Source of the DNA: an uncultured Spirochaetaceae bacterium
GTDB taxonomy: Bacteria > Spirochaetota > Spirochaetia > SZUA-6 > Fen-1364
Reading direction: 5' to 3'
DNA: 64,000 nt
Assembly (NCBI GenBank): GCA_964437385.1
Contig: CAYTGX010000009.1
Coordinates: forward strand, 11,219-75,218
In this document: one piece after another, positions 1 to 7,710 of the stretch
How positions within the stretch are numbered: position 1 is the first letter of the stretch
Layout: each line of letters begins with the position of its first letter
Made by a program: the position numbers and the translations under genes
Notes under the pieces: generated by a model
Database searches by the model: none
What the model was told of the DNA's origin: nothing
Seen by the model: the letters and a program-made list of their open reading frames with translations, nothing else

Positions 1-1
1 G

Positions 2-1597
2 AGCTCTCTTACGTCCGTCGCGGAAAAGCTGCGGCTCATCGATCTTCGAGTTCGTGCTCTTTCTGCGAGCACGGATCCGGCGTCGGCCCGTGCCGCGCTC
101 CAGGACATCCGAGCGGCCGGCACCGATATAACGCGATTGCTCGACTCCCGGTCTGCCTCTCCCCTGGACGCGTACATCTATCCGCCGGAGGTGCAGACGG
201 CCGAGCGCGGGATCGACGAATCGCTGCGCAGCGGCTGGCAGGCGGCGATGCTGAGTTTCACGGACTCCCTTGCGCGGCTCGCGGAGAGCACAGAGGCGCG
301 GGAGCGTTTCGACCCTCTTGCCGCCGCCTTCATCGATGCCACGGAGAGGTTGACGCGCGCCGCAAGCGACAATGTCTCCCGGATCTACGACGCACGGAGA
401 AATATCGCTCGGTCATTCCTCGAGCTTTTTGCCCTGTTGTCTGCGGCGGGCATCCTGTCGGCGTTCCTATACTCGCTCACAACCCTCCTGGGAATGCGAA
501 GAGATCTTACCCGTCTCATCTCCTTCGGCCGCCGGATCTCGGAGGGTGACTTCAACGCCTCGGCCGGCGTCACACGTAATGACGAGATCGGCGAGCTCGC
601 CGCCCAGCTTCAGAATATGAGCTCACTGGAAAGCTCCACGGTGGCCCTGCGTTCGCTGGGGGACAGGCTCACCAGGGAATGCTCACGTCTTACGGAAGGA
701 ATTGCAGGCGCGGTTGCGTCGGCGAACAGCCAGACCCAGCTCATGGAAGAAGCCAACAACGGGTTCGAGGGGATTGTGAGCTCGGTGCGCAAAGTGGCGC
801 AAAATGCGTCCGTGAGCTTCGAGGCGGCCCAGGAAGGCGGCCGGGCCGTGGAGAAGTCCCTGGAAAAGATCTCACTCGGCATGGAGGCCACCCGCGTCCT
901 GGAGGAGCGGACCGCGCGCATCGAGGAGGTCGTGTCACTGATCGGTGACGTGGCGGACCAGACGGAGCTCCTGTCTCTGAATGCGGCAATCGAGGCTGCG
1001 CGCGCAGGTGAGGCGGGCAGGGGGTTCACAGTCGTGGCCCAGCAGGTGCGAAAGCTCGCGGACCGCAGTGCGCGCGCCGCCTCTGAGATCGCGGACCTCG
1101 TCCAGGCGGTTCTCGACGCCGTGCGAAGGATTGCGGCGGACGCGAAGGAGTCCTACGAGGTGAGTGCCGCCCTGAAGAGCATTCTCGAGAGGATATCCAC
1201 CACAATTCAGTCCATCACCGACCTGGCCCAGGCCGCCACGGAGGGCGTCGGTCAGGCGGATTCGTCCCTCGGCGGCATGGTCGGATTGTCCTCCGACACA
1301 TCGGGTCTGGTTGCCGAGCTGGCAGGCTCCAGCAGGACCCTGGCCGAGATCGTTCAGCAGATGGAAGCACTCATCAACAATCTCTCCCATGGAGAACGGC
1401 CCGCCCAGGCTGCCGAGCCCGCGGAGGTCTCACCGGCCAGCGTCCCGCCTCTGCCTGCCGAGCCCGCGGATGTTCCTCTCACCTCCGATTTGAAAGGGAT
1501 GTTCCCTGAGGAGACCCCGTCTCCACTCGCACAGGGCATGGCGCAGGAGAGTCTCGACGTCGAGGAGATCGAGGAATTGGAATCTGCTGAAGATTGA
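2..1597 (+). CDS. methyl-accepting chemotaxis protein, 5' end cut by window edge
   Basis: The frame is open from nt 2 with no stop before the track start at 137. It shows a TM segment ([26 protein letters not shown]), a HAMP domain ([14 protein letters not shown]) and the MCP signalling hairpin [35 protein letters not shown]. Confidence 0.85.
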   Translation, partial: SSLTSVAEKLRLIDLRVRALSASTDPASARAALQDIRAAGTDITRLLDSRSASPLDAYIYPPEVQTAERGIDESLRSGWQAAMLSFTDSLARLAESTEARERFDPLAAAFIDATERLTRAASDNVSRIYDARRNIARSFLELFALLSAAGILSAFLYSLTTLLGMRRDLTRLISFGRRISEGDFNASAGVTRNDEIGELAAQLQNMSSLESSTVALRSLGDRLTRECSRLTEGIAGAVASANSQTQLMEEANNGFEGIVSSVRKVAQNASVSFEAAQEGGRAVEKSLEKISLGMEATRVLEERTARIEEVVSLIGDVADQTELLSLNAAIEAARAGEAGRGFTVVAQQVRKLADRSARAASEIADLVQAVLDAVRRIAADAKESYEVSAALKSILERISTTIQSITDLAQAATEGVGQADSSLGGMVGLSSDTSGLVAELAGSSRTLAEIVQQMEALINNLSHGERPAQAAEPAEVSPASVPPLPAEPADVPLTSDLKGMFPEETPSPLAQGMAQESLDVEEIEELESAED

Positions 1598-1635
1598 GGA
1601 TTCCCCGGCCGGTGCAGTGAGGCGGATTTGTCGCC

Positions 1636-2727
1636 TTACCGGCTCTCCAGGCCGGCGGGAAGCGATTTCCTTTTCTGGTTCATGGAGTGCAGCACGGCAT
1701 AGGCGATGGTGGCTGTTGCCCACACGGCTGCCAGCAGCACAGCAGCTTGTCCGCGCCGCATGAAAAGTGATATCGCTGCCGCTATCCCCGCATATGCGCA
1801 CCAGCCGTAAAGAAGCAGAAGAATCGACGTTTTTTTGAGCCCGAGCGCGAGGAGCTTGTGGTGAATATGTTCCTTGTCGGGCTTGTAGATCGGCCGTCTG
1901 GCCCTCACCCTTCTGGCGATGGCCGCAACCGTGTCTATGATCGGGATCAGCAGAACGGTAGCAGGGGCGAACATGTCGACGATGGAGGTGGCCCCTGCTC
2001 CAGCCATGAGGGGTATTACGGCGAGCACGAACCCGAGGAGGAGGCTGCCCGAGTCTCCCATGAATATCCGGGCCGGCGGGAGGTTGAATGCGAGGAAGCC
2101 GAGGACCGCTCCCAGAAGCGAGAAAGCAATGAGCGCGGGCATTACCTGCCCCTGAAGCAGGCACATGATCCCGAGCGAAAGAGCTGAAACGCCGGTGATT
2201 CCCCCGGCCAGCCCGTCGATTCCGTCCACCAGGTTGATGGCATTGCTGATTGTCACGATCCAGAGTGCCGTGATGGGATATGCGAATATGCCCAGAGAGA
2301 GCTCCGGCAGGCCGGGAATCCGGACAACGGAAATGGTGAATCCGCCGATGGTGACCAGCACCGCGGCAGCTATCTGGAGAGAGAATTTGAGCTCTGCGCG
2401 GAGGTTGTGAAAATCATCCACGAGCCCCAGGACGAAGATGAGGCAAAACGCGACAAAGACCGGCACGTATCGGAGGTTGTAGCCTACGGGCCATGAATCC
2501 GGAAGGAGGGCAGGGAGAACCAGGGGCACGGCCACGGAGGAAATCAGCAGGCCGAAAAAAAGCCCGATCCCGCCCAGGCGCGGTATGTGGTCAGTATGGA
2601 TCTTGCGCTCATTGGGGATGTCGAACCATCGCCGCTTGTGGGCAACGAAAATCACCAGCGGCATCATCACTATACTGACTATAAGTGCCAGTGCACCGGC
2701 GGCTGCCAGGGCGCTTGCCGTTTCCAT
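1636..2727 (-). CDS. polyprenyl-phosphate N-acetylhexosamine-1-phosphate transferase (WecA/TagO/MraY family, GT4)
   Basis: Polytopic membrane protein carrying the family motifs NAINLVDGIDGLAGG and IFMGDSGSLLLGF. Confidence 0.85.
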   Translation of the reverse strand: METASALAAAGALALIVSIVMMPLVIFVAHKRRWFDIPNERKIHTDHIPRLGGIGLFFGLLISSVAVPLVLPALLPDSWPVGYNLRYVPVFVAFCLIFVLGLVDDFHNLRAELKFSLQIAAAVLVTIGGFTISVVRIPGLPELSLGIFAYPITALWIVTISNAINLVDGIDGLAGGITGVSALSLGIMCLLQGQVMPALIAFSLLGAVLGFLAFNLPPARIFMGDSGSLLLGFVLAVIPLMAGAGATSIVDMFAPATVLLIPIIDTVAAIARRVRARRPIYKPDKEHIHHKLLALGLKKTSILLLLYGWCAYAGIAAAISLFMRRGQAAVLLAAVWATATIAYAVLHSMNQKRKSLPAGLESR

Positions 2728-2761
2728 ACGGGCCAGAGAATAGGGCGTTACGGAGTCCGTG

Positions 2762-3256
2762 TCAACTCGAAGGTCCGCCCTGCCGTGACCTGATGCGTTC
2801 GTATGACTGGTTTATTCTTTTCGTGATATCGAGTGCGATTTTCTGCTTCTCCGGATCTCCGGAGTGCTTGTCCGGATGGTATTTCAGAATAAGGCTCTTG
2901 TAGGAGGCCATCACCTTTGCCATGTCCGCTCCGAAAGGCACCTCCAGGTTCGCATAGTCCGCGCGGAGGGATTCGTCCACAGCCTGCGCCGGCCGCCTTG
3001 ACTGGTCTTGCCGAGGCCCGCTTCCCGCGTCCTTCTTTGTGCCCCGCATGTAGTCGTCCAGCTCTTCCCACGCACTTTGTACGTCAGGATCGCGAAATCG
3101 GGTCTCCTCCCCCCCGACGTACGGGGTATTCCCCGAACGGGTACTCCCGTACCCGGCGGATTTCTCCCCGCCACGGTTCCGTCCGCGCGAGGTGTGCTGC
3201 TCGTCTGAAAAAAGCGAACGGAGGAATTCGGCGAACTTGTCGATGAATCCGTCCAC
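2762..3256 (-). CDS. J-domain (DnaJ-like) protein with C-terminal J domain
   Basis: C-terminal YKSLILKYHPDKHSGDPEKQKIALDITKRINQSYERI contains the HPD motif. The start lies 6 nt after the dapF stop, which suggests an operon. Confidence 0.75.
   Translation of the reverse strand: MDGFIDKFAEFLRSLFSDEQHTSRGRNRGGEKSAGYGSTRSGNTPYVGGEETRFRDPDVQSAWEELDDYMRGTKKDAGSGPRQDQSRRPAQAVDESLRADYANLEVPFGADMAKVMASYKSLILKYHPDKHSGDPEKQKIALDITKRINQSYERIRSRQGGPSS
3133..3151. repeat. 19-bp arm of a perfect inverted repeat (partner at 4182-4200)
   Basis: ccgaacgggtactcccgta is the exact reverse complement of tacgggagtacccgttcgg at 4182-4200. This copy lies inside the J-domain CDS and forms the local hairpin cgggtac-tccc-gtacccg. 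Confidence 0.9.
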
Positions 3257-3261
3257 GCGCC

Positions 3262-4113
3262 CTACTCCGTCGCGCCTTCCGCGAAATCATACGTCCCGGT
3301 GAACACGTAGCCCGCCGGACCGGTCAGCCAGATGTGGTTATCGGACTCTTCCCACTGGAGAAAGACGTCGCCGCCCTTGAGATGCACAAAGACTTCGCGG
3401 TCGGTGAAGCCATTTACCACAGAGGCAACCAGGGCGGCCGCTGCGCACGCGCATTCGTCTCCCGGAGCGGTTTCGTTACCTTCCCACACCCTCATGCGCG
3501 CTTCCTCGCGGGAGAACACCTGCACGAAACCTATGCCCGTGCCCTCGGGGAAGTCCGGCTGAGCCGCAATGGTGCGGGCGGTCTTCTTCAATGGAAATGA
3601 GAAGTCCGGCACGAAGAGCATGGCGTAGGGGCGGCCGAGCGAGATCGGCGTATAGGATACCGTACGCCCCTCCACGAGGATGCTGCGTGTGAAGGAATCC
3701 TTGTTGCTCTCCCGGATCTCTTCCTGCGTCTGCCGACTGAAAGGCAGTCCCATGTCGACGCGGACATTTGCGCTGTCGATGATCTGGACACGCAGCCGGC
3801 CGGCCGGCGAGCCGATCATGAAATCATTTGTTTTCACCGCTCCGGAGTCCGAGGCATAGCGCGCGGCGCAGCGCGTGGCATTGCAGGAAATGCCGGTCTC
3901 GTTGCCCTCGGGGTCGAATGAGCGGACGGAAAGATCTGCATCATCCGAGGTGCCGAGCAGGACGAGGGCATTTCCCCCGACGCCGAAACTGCGGTCAAGG
4001 CTGCTCCGCGCCAGCAGGGGGAAGTGCGCATGTGCCTCCAGGGGGAGGCGGGCAGCATTCACGATGAGCACGTCATCACCGCAGCCCTGCATCTTGAGGA
4101 ACTCGATCTCCAT
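3262..4113 (-). CDS. dapF: diaminopimelate epimerase
   Basis: MEIEFLKMQGCGDDVLIV N-terminus plus two catalytic Cys contexts (CNATRCAARY and DECACAAAALVA). Length of 283 aa is typical. Confidence 0.9.
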   Translation of the reverse strand: MEIEFLKMQGCGDDVLIVNAARLPLEAHAHFPLLARSSLDRSFGVGGNALVLLGTSDDADLSVRSFDPEGNETGISCNATRCAARYASDSGAVKTNDFMIGSPAGRLRVQIIDSANVRVDMGLPFSRQTQEEIRESNKDSFTRSILVEGRTVSYTPISLGRPYAMLFVPDFSFPLKKTARTIAAQPDFPEGTGIGFVQVFSREEARMRVWEGNETAPGDECACAAAALVASVVNGFTDREVFVHLKGGDVFLQWEESDNHIWLTGPAGYVFTGTYDFAEGATE

Positions 4114-4163
4114 GTGGTACCACGCTACCCCGTGTAGGGACTGAGTTCAAGGCGCAATGCCAC

Positions 4164-4286
4164 AGGTCCGCCTATCGTACATACGGGAGTACCCGTTCGG
4201 CGCGAACGCCGTCCCTGTACTGGGCGCCGACCGGGTACGAAGTCCGCTCCAGGCGACCAAAGCGGTACTCGGCACTCGGCGGACCT
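4164..4286 (-). promoter_or_regulatory. structured RNA/DNA element in the lysC-dapF spacer (three-way-junction fold; class unknown, only loosely L-box-like)
   Basis: On the minus strand, AGGTCCGCC (4286-4278) can pair with GGCGGACCT (4172-4164). This closes a CCGC/GCGG hairpin flanked by GAGUA and a 15-bp stem with one mismatch (4189-4203 with 4224-4238). The motifs GAGG, GAGUA and GCGCCGAA recall lysine riboswitches, but the helix layout does not fit. Confidence 0.35.
4182..4200. repeat. 19-bp arm of a perfect inverted repeat (partner at 3133-3151)
   Basis: Exact reverse-complement match to 3133-3151. Weaker similarity extends about 25 nt on both sides (tccgcc, gtac, ggcgga). Confidence 0.9.
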
Positions 4287-4366
4287 CGCGGCTCTCGGCG
4301 TCGGCTTCGCAGCCGCCTGCCGCCCTCCGCGCGCGTTCGCGCGCTGCGCATCCCTGTCTACGCCCG

Positions 4367-5707
4367 CTATTTACCAAAGAACTCCTCGTGCAGGCAGCGC
4401 ACGGATTCCTCCGTGGACTCGATTGGCACGACCAGGGAGAGGTTGATGTCGGAGGCTCCGAGACAGATCATACGTACAGGCGTGCTTTTGAGGGAGGAGA
4501 AGACTCGGGCAAGGAAGACGGTATCTTTCCAGAGGTCCTGACCGACCAGGCAGATAATGCTCTTCTCCGCTTCCACGCCGACCGTGCCGATCTCCGAAAG
4601 GTCCCGCGCGATGTTGTTGACCGCCGCGGGGTTGTCAATGGTGACAGACACGGATACCTCCGACGTGGCAATAAGGTCCACCGGAGTGAGATACTTCTCG
4701 AATATTTCGAATATCCTGCGCAGGAATCCGTATGCCAGGAGCATTCGCGAAGAGCTGATGCTCACGAGGGTGATTCCCTTCTTGCATGCGATTGCCTTGA
4801 GCCCGCTTCCCGGAATGCTGGGCACGATTTTCGTGCCTGCGTCGTCGGGGCGGAAGGTATTCTTCACCCAGACGGGAATGCCGAGATTGATTGCGGGCTG
4901 GATGGTCGAGGGATGAATGACCTTGGCGCCGAAGTACGCGAGCTCCGCAGCCTCACGATAGCTTATCTGGTCGATGGTCCGCGCGCTTTTGACAATTCGG
5001 GGGTCCGAGGTCATGATGCCAGTGACGTCCGTCCAGATCTGGACTTCCTCCGCCCGCAGGGCCGCCCCGACGATTGTTGCCGTGTAGTCCGAGCCGCCGC
5101 GGCCCAGCGTGGTGGTGGCGCCGCCTGAGGTGGATGCGATAAACCCCTGCATGATGGCCAAAGTGCCCGGCTGGGGACGCACGCGCGAGGAAATGAGCCG
5201 ATTGGTGAGATCCTCGATGGGCACGGCAGACGTGAAGCTGTCGTCCGTCTTCACCAGCTCACGGGAGTCGAAGAGCTCCGCCTGCATGCCGCGCTCCCGG
5301 GCGCGGTGGAACAGGACGATCGTAGCGAGTCTTTCCCCGAAAGAAAGGATTGCGTCGTTGCTGCGCTTCGACCATTCCTTGAGCATCGCCAGGGCCTTGA
5401 TGAATGCATGCAGCTCGCCGCATACCGCATTCAGGTCCGCTTCGCAATGCGAAAGGTTTTCTCCGGTGAGGAAGGAGCGCGCGCAGCCGAGGTGCCGCTC
5501 CCGCACGGCGGCGAGTATTGCCTCTGCCTCCGCCTCATTGCCGGCTCCCACGAGCTTGGCAATCTCCTGCAGCTGGTCGGTGACTTTGGCCATGGCGGAA
5601 GACACGAGCACGGGCGCCCTGTCGATCTGGCGCTCTATGATGGAGAGCGTGGCATCCATCATCTCCGCGTTTTGAACAGATGTGCCGCCGAATTTCAAAA
5701 CGATCAT
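4367..5707 (-). CDS. lysC: aspartate kinase
   Basis: MIVLKFGGTSV N-terminus, SDYTA motif and C-terminal ACT-like region. The start was moved from 5764 to the ATG at 5707, which gives the canonical N-terminus. Confidence 0.9.
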   Translation of the reverse strand: MIVLKFGGTSVQNAEMMDATLSIIERQIDRAPVLVSSAMAKVTDQLQEIAKLVGAGNEAEAEAILAAVRERHLGCARSFLTGENLSHCEADLNAVCGELHAFIKALAMLKEWSKRSNDAILSFGERLATIVLFHRARERGMQAELFDSRELVKTDDSFTSAVPIEDLTNRLISSRVRPQPGTLAIMQGFIASTSGGATTTLGRGGSDYTATIVGAALRAEEVQIWTDVTGIMTSDPRIVKSARTIDQISYREAAELAYFGAKVIHPSTIQPAINLGIPVWVKNTFRPDDAGTKIVPSIPGSGLKAIACKKGITLVSISSSRMLLAYGFLRRIFEIFEKYLTPVDLIATSEVSVSVTIDNPAAVNNIARDLSEIGTVGVEAEKSIICLVGQDLWKDTVFLARVFSSLKSTPVRMICLGASDINLSLVVPIESTEESVRCLHEEFFGK

Positions 5708-5854
5708 TAATCCACGTATCCTTTCATCACGTCGTCGTTGATTTACGACAGCTACCATATACACGCTGTTGTGTCAATAATTTGCATGCGAATCCTGCAT
5801 AAACTTGCACCTGTATTGCTATTTTCGCCCTGTCCCGCATAATCGTTCGTGCAA

Positions 5855-6832
5855 ATGGAAATCACGATCATAGGACCGGGGGCTGTCGGCACCCTCATGG
5901 GCGGCCTGCTTGGCGTGAGCGGCCACCAAGTGACGCTTCTCGGCAGAAAGCCTCCGCAGAACGCTGACATCCCTGTGCGCATCATCCTGCCCCGGCAGTG
6001 GCTGCGGGCAGATGGCGTGCGCCATGCCGGGCCGGGGGAACCCGGCAGCGGCAGCGGCAGCGGCGCATATTTCGTGACCATGGGAAGGCATCACCTGCAT
6101 GCCGCGCGCCGGCCGGACGTGCTCCGTCTGATCGGCACAGGGGATGCGCCGGTGGCATTCTTCAACTGCGATCCTGCCGAGCCGGTCAGGCTCGCTGTGC
6201 CGGAGGACCGTGTGCGGCTCTGCCTGACGCTGATGAACGCCGTCAAGCTTCAGGCCGCTGATGTGGAGCTCACGACCGATAAGCCGGTGATTATCTTCGA
6301 ACGCTCCCCTGTTCTTGCCCAGCTCTACCGAAACCTGGCCGGGTTCGGCTTCCAGCTGCTCCCCGTGGATGACGCCAAACCCTTCCTGAACTCCCTTTTC
6401 GTAGCCCAGCTCCTCTTTCTGCCGGTAGCAATGTGCAACACGACGCTGAACGGCTTCCTTGCGTCTGCGCAGGGTCGGGAGCTTGCCTCGAGCATTCTGT
6501 CGGAAGGGTTTGCCGCCATGGAACGGGCAGATATGCCTCTGGCTCCGCTCCCGCTCATGGACCCGCGTGAGCTTGCCGCACGGCTGGAGAAAAAGCCAGG
6601 TGCTTTTGATACGGTTCCGCCGTCTCCCAGCCGGGAATACAACAGCGTGTTGCAGTCGCTCCTGCGGGGGAGGCCGACCGAGGCGGCCCAGCTCAACAAG
6701 CGCATGGTGGAAATCGCATCTTCCGCCGGCCTGCACCTCACGTGGAATTGGCGCATACTGCAGAAGGCCAGCCGGGTGGCAAGCGTAGGCTTCTACCGGG
6801 ATCCGTCTGAGCTTATGCGGTCCCTTGTATGA
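5855..6832 (+). CDS. ketopantoate reductase (ApbA/PanE) family oxidoreductase
   Basis: MEITIIGPGAVGTLMGG Rossmann N-terminus from the ATG at 5855 (the track GTG is at 5849). It contains a GSGSGSG insert encoded by the (GGCAGC)n run at 6044-6064. Confidence 0.6.
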   Translation: MEITIIGPGAVGTLMGGLLGVSGHQVTLLGRKPPQNADIPVRIILPRQWLRADGVRHAGPGEPGSGSGSGAYFVTMGRHHLHAARRPDVLRLIGTGDAPVAFFNCDPAEPVRLAVPEDRVRLCLTLMNAVKLQAADVELTTDKPVIIFERSPVLAQLYRNLAGFGFQLLPVDDAKPFLNSLFVAQLLFLPVAMCNTTLNGFLASAQGRELASSILSEGFAAMERADMPLAPLPLMDPRELAARLEKKPGAFDTVPPSPSREYNSVLQSLLRGRPTEAAQLNKRMVEIASSAGLHLTWNWRILQKASRVASVGFYRDPSELMRSLV

Positions 6833-6891
6833 CAACTGTCACGGGACTGCGCGGAGTGCCGCGCAAGCTGCCGTGACCGGAGGAGGAATCA

Positions 6892-7710
6892 ATGGAACCC
6901 GGATTTGCCCGGAAACTCGATAACGCCTGGTCCGCGCTGTCCGCACTTCATGACCGAACACCTTCGATCGGCGTCATCCTCGGCTCCGGTCTCGGGGCTT
7001 TTGCCGCACAAGCGGGCGGAGTCGAGGTTCCCTTTTCATCGATTCCCGGCTTCCCCCGGCCCACCGTGGCAGGCCACGCGGGGCTCATCAAGCTGGGAAG
7101 GACCGTTGCCGTCATGGCGGGGCGCATCCATTACTACGAAGGCCACCCGATCGACGACGTGGTGCTCCCCGTTTTTGTGCTGCACCGTTTTGGCGTGCGC
7201 ACGCTCATCGTCACGAACGCATCGGGGGGAGTCAACAAGGCGTACGCGCCCGGGGATCTTGTCCTGATCAGCGATCACGTGAACTTCATGGGCGTGAACC
7301 CCCTGCGGGGGCCCAACCTCGAGATCGGGCCGCGGTTTCCCGACATGACCGCGACGTATGATCCGGCCCTCCGCGCTCTTGCGCGCGCGGCTTCCGGCCA
7401 GGCGCTCCAGGAAGGCGTGTATGCGGCGTTTGCGGGGCCTTCGTACGAGACCCCCGCCGAGATCCGGATGATGGCAGCCATCGGCGTCGACCTCGTGGGG
7501 ATGTCCACGGTGCCCGAGGTGATCGCGGCGGCGTATCTGGGGATGCGGGTGCTGGGCGTCTCCTGCGTCACCAACCCGGCGGCAGGGATCCTTCCCCAGC
7601 CGCTGGATCATGCCGAGGTCATTGCCCGCGGGAAGGAGGCAGCTCCTCGGTTCATACGGCTCCTGGAAGAGACCATCGGGCGTCTCGGGGGGAGCCTGAG
7701 TGAGGGCTGA
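6892..7710 (+). CDS. purine nucleoside phosphorylase (trimeric PNP/PunA type)
   Basis: GVILGSGLG, GRIHYYEG and VGMSTVPEV motifs. GGAGGAGG RBS lies upstream. Confidence 0.85.
   Translation: MEPGFARKLDNAWSALSALHDRTPSIGVILGSGLGAFAAQAGGVEVPFSSIPGFPRPTVAGHAGLIKLGRTVAVMAGRIHYYEGHPIDDVVLPVFVLHRFGVRTLIVTNASGGVNKAYAPGDLVLISDHVNFMGVNPLRGPNLEIGPRFPDMTATYDPALRALARAASGQALQEGVYAAFAGPSYETPAEIRMMAAIGVDLVGMSTVPEVIAAAYLGMRVLGVSCVTNPAAGILPQPLDHAEVIARGKEAAPRFIRLLEETIGRLGGSLSEG

Noticed and set aside
4157-5128. Long ORFs antisense to clearly homologous genes. Examples are 4157-5128(+), 5819-6835(-), 7955-9181(-), 15549-16457(-), 26066-27277(-), 40177-41490(-), 43809-44738(-), 46239-47129(-), 46973-47980(-) and 50044-50991(-).
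   Set aside because: Their translations are Arg/Pro/Gly/Ala-rich and low-complexity with no recognisable motifs. The opposite strand in each case encodes a protein with strong family signatures. Such shadow ORFs are expected in high-GC DNA.
5708-5848. Looked for a lysine riboswitch upstream of lysC.
   Set aside because: The leader is only about 70-140 nt and is shared with a divergent promoter. It is AT-rich and shows no GAGG...GAGUA...CCGAAG blocks or multi-helix structure.
6044-6064. (GGCAGC) x3.5 tandem repeat.
   Set aside because: It is an in-frame hexanucleotide run encoding GSGSGSG inside the PanE-like CDS. It is too short to count as a CRISPR, VNTR or contingency locus, although copy-number variation is possible.
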